In this document: positions 49,601-61,560 of the stretch, one piece after another | How the letters are laid out: the number at the start of each line of letters is the position of its first letter | Position numbering within the stretch: position 1 is the first letter of the stretch | Assembly (NCBI RefSeq): GCF_021028975.2 | Contig: NC_059429.1 | Span: 74,214,001 to 74,278,000, forward strand | Direction of reading: 5' to 3' | Length of the DNA stretch: 64,000 nt | Origin: Sphaerodactylus townsendi | Lineage: Eukaryota | The notes under the pieces: model-generated | What the model was told of the DNA's origin: nothing | Database searches by the model: none | Seen by the model: only the letters and a program-made list of their open reading frames with translations | Translations under genes and position numbers: made by a program

Positions 49601-50554
49601 TAAGCCTTCGTTAGTTGGCAACCTCCAATTCAGCCATCTTCTCCTCCCCATCCCACTCATCTTCCATTTTCGAAAGGATTAAAAAAATGATGTTGTCATA
49701 TTGAACTAACAATGTAATGTTGGTTCAGAGATATGAAGCTGCGATTGTAAGATCAGTTTTGTCAATTTCACATAGAGCTTATGATGTTAAGGTTCAGGCA
49801 AAGATACAAAAAAGCAGGAATAGTTGGATCAGCTTTGTCAATTTCAAATAGATCTATGGATGAATCCTTAAGGTAAAGATACACTGTGTCTGCAGTTAGC
49901 AGCGAGTGAAATTGACAAAGAACTGCCGTAGTAGCGATTGTGTTTCACTGCAACTCTAACATGGTAAAAAAATGTGAGAGGAGGGCTACGTATTTATGTT
50001 CCTTCAGGTAATGGTGCCTGCTCCAGTAGGGTTTTTTGGCTTCCATTTTGAATGCATAGTTCTCAGTGGTGAAATGGAAGCATGATTTGAATTGCCACTT
50101 CATTGTCACTGCACAGTGCCACTAGAGCACCTGCACAAAAGAAAAAAAATGGGGAGGATTGCTCTTCTGTGTCATTTATGACATCCCGCCACCATTAGGA
50201 ATAGTATTTTCAGCAATAGTATGGGTAATAAATGCAACTGGAGAGACAGGGGGGAAATGATGAGGGGAATGGAGGTGTATGGAATGATTTCACAAAAAAA
50301 CTAAAGTCTGACCACTGGAAAAATCTGTTCATGCAGAAAAGGCCTTATACAATTAGTCTTCAGCATGCTAGTGACTTCCAATAATCAATTGTGTACGAAA
50401 AAAGTATCTCTCAAACTGTCTGCAACATGTTTTCTACATATGAGTGATTTTATCCTAACCAACAGCTAATTTAATTCATCAATCCCTTGCCAACTCTTCA
50501 GCATTACAAGGTTTATCTGCCCCCCTGTAACACTTCATGACAGGCTATGTAACC

Positions 50555-50700
50555 ATTTTATTTATTTGTTTGTTTGTTTGGTCAAATTTATATCCCGCCG
50601 TATCCCCGAAGGGCTCAGGGCAGGTCACATATTAAAACTGATACAAACTTTTAAAAACAGTTAAAATAGAATATAAATACAATAAATAAGATAATAATAC
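50555..50700 (-). mobile_element. L2-type 3' tail fragment
   Basis: (TTTA)(TTTG)n followed by TATATCCCGCCGTATCCCCGAAGGGCTCAGGGC. Confidence 0.6.
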
Positions 50701-51722
50701 AGACGGCAAGGCAACCCAATGACGTCCTTTTCTTGACCTGAGAGCTAAAAATAATACACCTACCTGTGAAGATGTTGGTGTCTGGCAAATAGAAGTGTGA
50801 GTCCAGGGTGGAAGAAAACAGGGTTATACTCACCTGTAACTGTTGTTCATCAAATTGTCTTCTGTGCAGGGACATATGGGAGCCTGCTTGCACAGGCCTG
50901 CCACTGAGAATGTTTCCACAGCTTTCTAGCTCCCTCTAAAAGGTTTGGAGTGCTCCTCCTCCCCTTTGATGTAAACAGAACTTTCCTGCCCAAACTAGCA
51001 TGTGATGGAGGTGGGAAAAGCACTCCTGCCCACAGTCCATTAACTTTAGGAACAAATCTGTGAATGGGACCACCATGTATGAACAAAATACACTCAATTT
51101 ATTTTGGACAGAAAGTGCCCTCAACTCTTCCACTTTCCTCATCCATGTAATAGGCATGGCAACTTTGAGGGAAAGGATCTTCAAGAAAATATAACTCATG
51201 AAGAAGAAGGCAGGCTTGAGGGCTTCAAGTTCCATGAGTGGAACTTATGACTGGTGACAGATGAGTCAGTCCAGTCCAGTCCAGTCAATGTCTTTGTTTG
51301 AGAATGCTCCATTTGGGTCCCAGTGACTACCTAGTTCTATTAGGTAGGCACTAGGATCCAAACAGTGCATTCTAAAACAAAGACAGTACAGCATGTGGTG
51401 AATGAAGTTACAATTTTGGTTGTTTTTTTCTTTTGGTGAGACAGAGTGTAGTCCTTGTGAGAAAATGTTCTATAAGCAGGTGATATAAAATAAACATTTT
51501 ACTATGACTGCCCAACAGATAGTCAAATGCTGAAGAAGAAGAGTTGGAATTATATTCCCAGTTTCTCTCCTATAGGAGACTCAAAGGGGCTTACAATTTC
51601 CTTTCCCTCCCCCCCCCCCCCCAAACAACAAACACACTGTGAGGTAGGTGGTGCTGAGAGAGCTCAGGTCACCCAGCCCAGGTCACCCAGCCGGTGTGTG
51701 TGGGAGTGCACAGGCTAATCTG

Positions 51723-52918
51723 CAGTGGCGTACTAGGCAAACTGGAGCCCTGGGCAAAACCTGAGTTTGATGCACCCCCCATGGGTGGCCACCCTCTTCC
51801 ACTGTGACCAAACAATGATTTTTTTCACCAGGTCATTTCAAAGTCACCATCACATTATAGAACATGCCCCAACTCACAAATCTGAACACAGCAATGGGCC
51901 ATGCCACACAGCAGAAATAATTTTTGGAAAACATTTTCAGAATGCTTTCAAAATGTTTTATTACTGCTATGAAAACATTTTGTGGTGTTGTATCCAGTCC
52001 CCCCAATTGGGGGAAACAGCATCACTTTCAATGTTATCTAAACTGGGGACCCCAGATTCTCCCTTTAAGGTGGATTTAAAAGGGGAATCTGGGCTCCCTA
52101 GTTTAAACAATGATGCTGGAATCCACCCCCAAACAGCATTATTTTCAATGGTGTTTAAACTAGGGAGCCCAGATTCTCCTTTTAAATCCACCTTAAAAGG
52201 AGAATCTGGGGTCCCCAGTTTAAACAACATTGAAAGTGATGCTGTTTGGGGGTGGATTCTCCCCCACCCTGAAACAGCATCACTTTCAATGTTTAAACTG
52301 GGGACTTCAGATTCTCCCTTTAAATCCATGCCGAAAGGGGGTGGATTTAATAATAATAATAACAACAACAGCAACAACAACAACCACCTTTATTAGGCAT
52401 TGAGAGAATAAAAGAAAGAAAGAAAACAAGCATTGGCAGGAAGGGGGTGGATTTAAAAGGAGAATCTGGGGAAATTTAGGGGGTGCCTGCTCTCAGGGGT
52501 GCAATTATTAAGATAGCAGCACCAAAATTTCAGAGTATCTTCATGAGACCCTACTGATGATACCATCCAGGTTTGGTGAAGTTTGGTTCAGGGGGTCCAA
52601 AGTTATGGACCCTCAAAGGTAGCCCCATCTCCTATTAGCTCCCGTTGGAAACAATGGGGGATGGGGCACTCCCTTTGGGAGTCCATAACTTTGGACTCCC
52701 TAAACCAAACCTCACCAAACCTGGGTGGTATCATCTGGAGAGTCCCCCAAAAATTCCCTGAAATTTTGGTGCTGCTAACCTAAACACTGCGCCCTCTGCA
52801 GGCCAAAAACGGAAAAACACTGAAAATACAAAAAAAACCCCACACACGAACCTGGAGTTTTTGCGCCCCCCACAAGGGAGGCGCAAAGACACTTTGCCCA
52901 ATGGGAGGAACACCTCTG
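51723..52918 (+). mobile_element. Non-autonomous hAT element, 'A-end' type
   Basis: CAGTGGCGTAC...GAACACCTCTG; TSD CTAATCTG/CTAAACTG; shared fold-back modules. Confidence 0.9.
52351..52440 (-). mobile_element. 90-bp retroposon 3' tail insertion with 16-bp TSD
   Basis: AAGGGGGTGGATTTAA duplicated at 52335-52350 and 52441-52456; (TAA)n(CAA)n tail next to TTTATT. Confidence 0.75.
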
Positions 52919-53819
52919 CTAAACTGAATTCCCCAGATAAGCCTCCACAGCTTAAGCGGCAGAGAGGGGAATCAAACCTGGTTCCTCTAGATTAGAGTGG
53001 ACCTGCTCTTAGCCACTGCTACTCTAGTGATGCCTGACACTAAAGGTGTTCAGACACTAACGCTAGGCAGCAAAAACCATATGATTTCTGAGGTCTGATG
53101 TGGATTGATGCATTTTCCGCTGTATCACCTGGAGACCAGGTTGTGAAATGGAATACATAGCCAAACAAAGGTGTAAACAAGGAACATTTAGGACCTAGCA
53201 AGAACAGGATGCACTTTTATTTGGGATAGTGTGGGTTGAAAAAAGAGATGAAAAAAGCAGGAAAAGGCTAAAGGCACCATAGTATCATCAGCCCAACAAA
53301 AGGGAAGATCCAGCTTTGAAGAGACATAATTCGTCATTCCATCATGCTCTTCTGCTTGAGCAGGTAGCTTGGGCAGCTTGCAGGGCAACTGAGTACCTCA
53401 TGAGGTCAGGCCAACCTAACTCTGGTGTGTGAAGTGTGAATAAGGTTAGCATAGGTTGCAAAACTGTTTTTTTTTTGTTTTATTTCATTTTAAGGACCTT
53501 ACCTAGAACACTGTTTATTCACTTTCTGATATGCCCTAAGGTATGAAGTCAAGGGGTCAAAGGTAAATTTTTTATATGTGACATGACCAGGAAAAAGACA
53601 TCCAAACCAAATAAATAAGACCTGGGTTGAGCATCTGCTACAGCCCTATTACAAGTAAGTCAGTGCATGGTCATGATTGGAGGAGGAAACTCTTGGTGTG
53701 AGCCAAAGACTAAGAGCCAAAGGATTCTTGGCCCATGAATCTCACCCTGGCTATTGGCCAGATCATCAATAATTAGATCATCAACGTATATGGCTGGAGC
53801 GAGTAGATCTGGCTTGTTT

Positions 53820-54086
53820 GAAGAAGAAGAAGAGTTTGGATTTATATCCCCCCTTTCTCTCCTGCAGGAGACTCAAAGGGGCTTACAATCTCCTTGCCCT
53901 TCCCCCCTCACAACAAACACCCTGTGAGGTGGGTGGGGCTGAGAGAGCTCCAAGAAGCTGTGACTAGCCCAAGGTCACCCAGCTGGCGTGTGTGGGAGTG
54001 TACAGGCTAATCTGAATTCCCCAGATAAGCCTCCACAGCTCAGGCAGCAGAGCTGGGAATCAAACCGGGTTCCTCCAGATTAGATA
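53820..54086 (-). mobile_element. Squam3-like SINE, slightly 5' truncated
   Basis: Near-identical to the reverse complement of the 12593 copy; (GAA)n tail. Confidence 0.92.
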
Positions 54087-54347
54087 AAAAGATTAGATTT
54101 GACTAAAACCTGGCTCTAAGATATGAGAATTGCAGTGTTATCCCAGCTAATACCAACTGAGGATATGATCTTGCATCAATTCTCAGCAGGTGGATAGGAA
54201 AGGTAATAGGTCCACCTAAGAAACTTTCTCCTATTGTAGATTTCATCAGGTGCAATATAAAATAACTTGCCTGCTGACTGGGGTAACTAGATTTCAGCAG
54301 TTGCACAGATTACTAGTTTCTTACCAGGTTTAATTTAATATCCTGGG

Positions 54348-55599
54348 CAGTCCATCCCCAACCACCCCTGGGGGTGTGGGCATGCCTCCCCAAGCCCTGC
54401 CCCTGCCATCAGTGCTTATAAAAGCAGCCCTCCAAGGCCAGGGACAGCAGACTCCCCTGCCCCCCTCACCGGCTGGGCTCCCAGCCAGCAGTCCCTTCTG
54501 CCCTCCCCTCCAGGCAGAGCCATAGCTAGGGAAAATGGAGCCCAATGCAAAATCTGAGTTTTGCGCCCCCCCCATAGACGGCCACTGTGATGCTGGAATC
54601 GACCCCCAAACAGCATCACTTTCCATTGTGTTTAAACTAGGGAGCCCAGATTCTCCTTTTAAATGCACCTTAAAGGGAGAATCTGGGGTCCCCAGTTAAA
54701 ACAACATTGACAGTGATGCTGTTTTGTGGTTGATTCTCCCCCACCCTGAAACAGCATCACTTTCAATGTTTAAACTGGGGACCTCAGATTCTCCCTTTAA
54801 ATCCATGCCGAAGGGGTTGGATTTAAAAGGAGAATCTGGGGAAATTTTGGGGGTGCCTGCTGTTGGCATGCAATTGTTAAGCTAGCACCACCAAAATTTC
54901 AGGCTATCTTTAGGAGACTCTCCTGATGATACCACCCTGGTTTGGTGAAGTTTGGTTCAGGGGGTCCAAAGTTATGGATCCTCAAAGGTATAGCCCCCAT
55001 GTCCTATTAGCTCCCATTGGAAACAATGGGGGATGGGGTTCCCCTTTTGGGGTCCATATCTTTGGACCCTCTGAACCAAACTTCACCAAACCAGGCTGGT
55101 ATCAGCAGAAGGGGTTCCTGAAAATCCCCTGAAATTTTGGTGCTGCTAGCCTAAAAACTGCACCCCTTGCTGGCCGAAAACTGAAAAAACACTAAAAATA
55201 CAAAATACACACAAACGAACCTGAAATTTTTGCGCCCTCCAGTGGGGGGCACCTGGGGACATAGGGTACCCCATATCCTCTAGGTAAATATGCCACCCAA
55301 AGGGGGTGCCCCATCCCCCATTGTTTCCAATGGAGCTAATAGGAGATGGGGGCTACACATTTGAGGGTCCATAACTTTGGACCCCCTGAACCAAACTTCA
55401 CCAAACCTGGGAGGTATCATCAGGACAGTCTCCCAAAACATCCCTGAAATTTTGGTGTCGCTAACCTAAAAACTGCACCCCTGCAGGCTAAAAACCGAAA
55501 AACACAAAAAATACAAAAAATTAACAAACGGGGGGCAGAGCTTTGGAAATGTAATGGGGGAATGTTGAACCTGAGAACCCCCCCTTACCTATGTCCTTG
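54348..55599 (+). mobile_element. Composite hAT MITE: 'B' termini enclosing a nearly complete 'A' element (54515-55297) plus an extra module copy
   Basis: Perfect TSD ATCCTGGG (54340-54347, 55600-55607); right end CCTTACCTATGTCCTTG; left end deleted after CAGT; 55210-55297 is the reverse complement of 19494-19590. Confidence 0.85.
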
Positions 55600-55607
55600 A
55601 TCCTGGG

Positions 55608-55860
55608 TGTTACCTTTAAGGCCACTCACAATCTGAAGGACCACCTCTCATTGTACAGGTGTGAGCATACACTGCCTAGAAATAACTGTCAGGTGTCCCT
55701 TCTCATCTTTCAGCCAGGCTTGGTGAAAGGGCAGGCACTTTCTATTGTAGCTCCACAACTATGGAATGGTATCCCGAAGGCGATCCTTCAGCTCCCAATC
55801 CTTTTGGCTTTAGGGAGTTCTGTAACACAGGCCTTGCTAAGAAGGTTTTTAGATTGTGCT
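55608..55860 (+). mobile_element. Old L2 3' fragment
   Basis: TFKATHNLKDHLSLY...ALSIVAPQLWNGIP resembles the L2 ORF2 C-terminus. Confidence 0.65.
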
Positions 55861-55939
55861 GCTGGATACTGGTATCGTGGCGTAATATGAAGATCGAGGG
55901 CCAGGCCCTATTGCTATCCTTCAAAGATTTTGACACAAA

Positions 55940-56090
55940 TCCTGTGAAATAAAACAAAAGTTCAGGGGCACCTTAAAGACTAACAACATTTATTTCAGTA
56001 ATATGAAATAAATAATAAAATAAATGTTAGTCTTTGAGGTGTTCCTGGACTTTTATTTTGCAATAAAAAACTAACATAGTTACCTCTTAG
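55940..56090. mobile_element. Palindromic Penelope-like remnant
   Basis: CACCTTAAAGACTAACA / TGTTAGTCTTTGAGGTG inverted arms with AT-rich spacer. Confidence 0.6.
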
Positions 56091-56639
56091 CAAATCCTGT
56101 GGCCATAGCCCCCTTTGCCTCCCACCATACACATGTTTTGCTTGAGGGATGGTAATTAGGGAACTCAAATGGTACTCTGGAATTTGAACGTCCAGTGGGT
56201 ACCTCCTTATGCAGTATATTTGTAGCAATGTTAAGGAAAGGCCAACTGGGTACCCAGAGGATATTGTAACTTTAAGGTGGTTCTGACAGGATGCTAAAGG
56301 CCAACTGGGGAAAAAAGGACTAATCACACACGCTCTTGACTCCGGTTAGCCACATCATATGGAGAAAGCAAACTCTGTCTAACAAGATTACAAGAATAAT
56401 CCAAAAACACACATGCTGCAATAGATTGCACAATGTACCAATGTAAACACAGTGAGACCGAATGGACTGTTGGGCTCAGATATGGAAGATAAAGTTTCTG
56501 GAATCAAGTTTCTGACTGAAGACAAATTTTATAGGCAACTTGTAGCAATTTATCTTCTATTTTGTGGAGTTATTGATGTGCTTGTTATAAAGATTTAGAT
56601 ATTGAGAAGCTGAACTTCCTATGTAAATGCTTGTTTCAT

Positions 56640-56830
56640 TTTTTATTTACTGCATCTGTCCCTTGCCTTTGTCCCCCAAAGCAGCTTATATTGTTCGACT
56701 CTCCTCTATTTTATCCTCACAACACCCCTATGAGGTAGGTTAAGCTGAGAGCTTCCCTGAGAGCAGGGTTTGAACCTGGGTCTCCTAGATCCTAGTTCAA
56801 TACTCTAACCACAACATCATACTTGCTTTC
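56640..56830 (-). mobile_element. Old SINE (Squam3/MIR-like)
   Basis: TTTATCCTCACAACACCCCTATGAGGTAGG...TTTGAACCTGGGTCTCC...ACTCTAACCAC. Confidence 0.7.
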
Positions 56831-57179
56831 AATTCAATAATAATTTAATAAATTCAATAATTTAGATGTCAGTTGAGTTGTATTGACAATAGTGGGGCAC
56901 AGCACCACTTGGCCATTAGATTAGCAAAATGTATAAACATCACTGCGGCTATTATATACTATTCCTAATGCAGCTGATTCTCACAGAAAGCCATCACCAG
57001 AGGGCAATGGAGAACAACTGGAGCAAAGAAATGCGACGCAGAGGCAACAGTGCAATATTTATCAGGTGAAATGGATCTTATCCCAAGGCCGTGCTAAACA
57101 GAACTCAGTGCTACAGCCATATGCTCATGTTGCACACACTATTTCCACAGTGTGAAATGTGATGTGTTAATTTGAAGAC

Positions 57180-57500
57180 CTTTCTTTTCCTTTCTCTCCC
57201 TTGGAGATAAGCAGGTAAACTATAATAAAAACACACATGGACCATTTACCTTTTCAGCCCCATGAGCTTGGAAGGTTTCAATTACCGGATTCTGGGATTT
57301 AGTGCTTAGGGCTTTTTGGTTTGTGTAAGATTTATTGGGAGGTTTAGTATCAGCGGAGAATTCGTGAATTTACTCCCTGGAGCCGGACTTTCGTTCAGAG
57401 CCCCTAAATTATGGTCCTAAACATGGCCCACTGTCACTTATGGCATTAACATTGTTAGTGCGCTCCGAAAATGACTAATAGCCATGTGTGCATAGCCCTC
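57180..57500. promoter_or_regulatory. Candidate conserved non-coding element
   Basis: TE-free, CpG-retaining; GATTTATTG, AAATTATGG, CTGTCA ~57431, TTATGG. Confidence 0.35.
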
Positions 57501-58338
57501 CTGGTCTGACCCTCCTGATGCAAGTATGTTTCCTGCCTCTAACCTTCAACCCCAACCAGCAGAGGCAGCTGTTCAGTAAAGCATCTTCTTGTGTAGTATC
57601 CAGCATCTTCAAAGTCCACTGCACTGAGAGGCACTATTCAGAACTACTGCTGATCTGAAACAGCAAGGTTCATTTCACAAACATTTTTGCCTTCAACAAC
57701 AGCCCCAAACACCCTTTTCTAAAATTTTGCATCACTTTGCAACAAGATGTTAAACTTTCCCATAAGATTCAGTCACACAGTATTTTTGTGGCAATACATT
57801 CATAGGGATATGGAAACATATCTGAATGGATAACATAACTCACTTTCTACCCAATTTAGTCAGGCATCATTATTAAAAACTAGAGTTGGAACACAATGAA
57901 CATCTTCCCAAATATCACAGCTGGGCCAGAACAGTGTGGCCAGGTTAAGGAGCCATGGGCCATTGTTCTCTTTTCTGCTCCTCCCCCCACCCACCCTAGC
58001 AGTGGCAGAACAAAACAATATCCCCAAACAGGCCACTGAAACAGGCCAGTGGAAAAAGTGCATAAAGAAGTGGAAGATTTTTGTACCCCTCTATGCATTA
58101 AACCTTGTGAAAATTCAACACAGCGCTAGCAAGAAGGCCCAAAGAAAATAGAATGTCTCTGGGATTTTCATCTAAATTAATGGAAAGGAAGGGAAACAAA
58201 GACAATTTCCTAGTTGTCTACCTATTCCAGCTAATGAAAAGGAAAATAATGGAGCCACCTATAATCTAATACTTACTGGATGCACAAGGTGTTGGATGTA
58301 GTAATGTTTAATGCGCAAAGGAACTGAGATGAAGACCT

Positions 58339-58413
58339 AATTGGCCATGCTGTCAGGGGCTGATGGGAATTGTAGTCCATAACATCTGGAGTGCCAAAGG
58401 GTCACCACCACAG
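58339..58413. mobile_element. Half of a palindromic hAT MITE
   Basis: Begins at the palindrome centre AATTGGCC and runs to the right TIR. Confidence 0.8.
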
Positions 58414-58881
58414 CCTTAGACTGATACTCTCAGTCTTCTTCTCAGAAGTTAGTTGCAGTGACTCTTCCTAGCTAGCAAGATAACAATATGCTACCTTTTG
58501 CTCTTTCCTGCCCTAAATATACTTCCTAATAAACATTTACTTTTTAGCCTTTTAATCAGTGTGTTAGCTGCTTTTCTTTGTGGTAAGCTCCAACACAAGG
58601 CTGTCCAATTCCTTAGATGCATGCGTGGATGCTGCCGGAGCTATAGCACTCTCCAATGTTCCCTTCCTTCCTGGCAGTGTCTTAGTAAGACGTGGGATGA
58701 GCCTAGAGAAGAGGCATTTGCTTCCACCCAATTTCCTCTCTTTCTGGCCTGCTTGCATCCTCTCCATTTTGCATTCTAGTGAGTGGTCCTTCCTCTCTGG
58801 ACCCAACATTGAAGGCCTCCCTAGTAGACGGACATCCTCAGTTTCTCCTTGTCCTTTCAGTCCATGGGCTTGGCCCTATAG

Positions 58882-59026
58882 CCGTGGTGGCGAACCTTTG
58901 GCACTCCAGGTGTTATGGACTACAATTCCCATCAGCCCCTGCCAGCATGGCAATTGGCCATGCTGGCAGGGGCTGATGGGAATTGTAGTCCATAACACCT
59001 GGAGTGCCAAAGGTTCACCACCACTG
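58882..59026. mobile_element. Palindromic hAT MITE (ACTACAATTCCC family)
   Basis: CCGTGGTGGCGAACC / GGTTCACCACCACTG; perfect TSD CCCTATAG. Confidence 0.93.
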
Positions 59027-59084
59027 CCCTATAGGATGTCAGAAGTCAGGGACAATGAGGTTTCCTCCCGGGTCTGGGTACTTA

Positions 59085-59345
59085 GAGTCATAGAATCATA
59101 AGTTGTAAGAGACCACAAGGACTATCCAGTTCAATACCCTGCCATTCAGGAACACACAATCAAAGTGCTCCCAACAGATGGCCATCCAGTCTCTGTTTAA
59201 AAACCTCCAAATAAGAACATTCCATCAACCTCCGAGGCAGTGTATTCCACTGTTGAATACTCTTTACTGTCAGGAGGTTCTTCCTAATGTTTAGGTGGAA
59301 TCTCTTTTCCAGCAGTTTGAATCCATTCCTATTTTGTCTGGCAGG
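59085..59345 (-). mobile_element. CR1 LINE 3' fragment (different subfamily, ATTCTATG tail)
   Basis: RNGFKLLEKRFHLNIRKNLLTV...WNTLP...LEVFKQRLDGHL; tail CATAGAAT. Confidence 0.85.
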
Positions 59346-61329
59346 ATTTGTTTTTGAGAACTCCATATTGACTTTTAGTGATCACGGAATTTCCTTCTAA
59401 GTGCTTACAGACTGCCTGTTTAGTGATCTGCTCTAGAATCTTTCTGTCCAGTGCCAGTGGTTGCCCCCTCCCTGGTGCCCCAAATGCCACAAACAGCCCA
59501 CGAAGGCCTATCTGTAGAGGCCTTACATCAAGCCAGTGAAAAGAGCAGCCTCAGGAGCAGCCTGGAGTGTGGATGCCCATCCAGGGACGCTGTGGGAGTC
59601 TGCAAGGCCAGCAGAAAGCCAGAGAAACAGGCAAAGAGCAGTCATAGCCTGCCCAGTCAGATGTGCCATGGCAGGAGTGGAACTGCTGGCACTGGAGGGG
59701 GATCAAAGGAGGAAGAAGGACCCAAAGCCTCCTGGGTCCTAAAGGCTGCTGGATCCACTCTGAAGCAAGAGTGGACATAGTAAGGGCTAGGATTTAAGAA
59801 TCCTACAGGTGGAAGGGCCAGGGAATGGGGGTACAGCTGGAAGCCAAGGGGAGGGGAAAGCAAGGGGGAGGGATATAAGGGCCAGGGGTCCTGATGGCCA
59901 GGGAGGAGAGAGGACTGGTGTGTGGTTGCTCCTGCAAGTGTTGGCAGTTCAGCTTTTCAGGTCGCCCTCTCACTATTCGAGACGGTGCGGACCCTATCTG
60001 AGGTCACAGGATGGACCCCGCTGAACTGACAGGGTGGGCCAAGGGAGGTGGGCCAAGGGAGGCACAGAGGCTACTTTCCTGGTATTGATGTCAGACTGAC
60101 TGAGCGGTCATTGATGTCAGACTGCCTGGAGCAGCTGCCAGTTGTACCTGGGGGAAGGCTAACCCTAAACTGTAGACCCTCCTTGCCCATTCTTCTGCAA
60201 GTCCTGTGTCCTTATCTCCTCCTCCTTTCCTGTTTCTCTCTCCTCAACAATCTCTGTCTTCATTCTCCTGCCTTTCACTGTTTCCCCCTCTCTTCCCTCC
60301 CCTTCTTATCCTTCCTTCTTGTTTCCTCTCCCCACCCCCAACCATCCCTCCCAATCCTCCATTTGGTCCTGGGCCATCTCTTAGGCTTGCCCCGTTGGCC
60401 GGCTGTCCTGCTCACTGGCCTGCCTCCCTGCTTACGGGTAAAAAAGCTTATGGGTAAAGAAGGAAAAAAACCTATACTGATTCCACACTGATTACTGGGC
60501 AGAACAATGAGGAACCAGCAATAGGCCAAACTGTAACTCTGGACAGTCAAGATAGGAAGCATTAAAACAGCACATCCAGTCCATAAAGTCAGATCTATCC
60601 AGATGGATGCTATGGAGATCTAGACAACTGGTATATCAACAATGAGCACCCATTATTATCATTTCAGGAGTATACAATGTGTAATCCCTGAGACACAGTC
60701 ACAGTAAACTTACAGAGTATCAGGCTTGAAACTTCAATAAATAAAGAAGCCTCTTCCAAATATGTTGGTTAAAAAGATGAAGATGCTGCGATATCTACAA
60801 AACAAATTCTGATTTAATACAGAATCAGACTTCATAGTCCTTTTTGGCAACCCTGGCAGCAATTTAAAATGTACTCAATTTCTACTAACTCAAAAGTACA
60901 TATTCACAAATTTCTTTCTAGATAATTTGTTTTAATCTTTAGCAAAATAAAGGAAAGGGCTGCATGTATCAAACTATTTCAGCAGACATGAAATTTGAGG
61001 GTCTTAAGGTTAAGACGTGTTGAAATAGATGAAATATTGCCATTTAACCATTTTCAAAGAAAGGTATATTCTCAAATGTTTTTTACAAAATGGACAAAAA
61101 TACCTTCAAGTGTTGCCATTATATAGAAGAAAGTTTGCTGAAGGCATCGTTCCTCTGTAGCCTTTAGCATGCAATAGAAAACCAAAGAACTTGCTTTGCA
61201 TTGCACCTGGAGCTGTGTGGGGGCTAGTAGTCCCTCCACTACACTCCAGAGTAGACAGAATCTTTGGCTCATTAGTGTACAAGCAGAGCCCCCCCCCATG
61301 TATTTTGTCCTTTTTTCCTGATATAGTTT

Positions 61330-61560
61330 AACTTACATTCTTTCTTTTTTAATTAAAACATCCCCGACTGATTTTACAAGCTGCTGCTTCTCTCTCAGTC
61401 TCCCTCTCTCTCATATGCTTGAGTGCTAGTATTAATTATTAGAGCCAATTTACTGTTTATACTCTGATGTTTTAACTAATTACCACTAATGGCAGACACC
61501 AGTGGGCAATCAACTTCATTTAGTTCCCACCGCAAACCACTCATTACTAGCAGAGAGAGG
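61330..61560. promoter_or_regulatory. Candidate conserved non-coding element
   Basis: Dense TAAT/ATTA (TATTAATTATTAG, CTAATTACC, CTAATGG), TGTTTAT. Confidence 0.35.

Larger units (their letters stand above)
51532..53024 (-). mobile_element. Squam3-like SINE split by a hAT element (51532-51722 and 52919-53024)
   Basis: SINE sequence resumes exactly after the duplicated target. Confidence 0.9.
50808..54330 (-). mobile_element. Decayed DIRS retrotransposon interrupted by two SINEs and a hAT element
   Basis: DIRS-type terminal motif GAAGAAAACAGGGTTATACTCACCTGTAACTGTTGTTCATC; minus-strand YR-like MHCLDP..YL, FSHKD; RNase H-like N..ADA at ~53630. Right boundary uncertain. Confidence 0.55.

Noticed and set aside
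50826-50840. Strong minus-strand splice donor (CAG/GTGAGT)
   Set aside because: Lies in a DIRS-type terminal motif; no credible acceptor or exon frame found.
51767-52396. ORFs with repeated LGTPDSPFK / GESGLPSLN peptides (also at 19918 and 54330)
   Set aside because: Translations of the inverted-repeat modules of the hAT MITE; open on both strands because of palindromy, with no transposase motifs.
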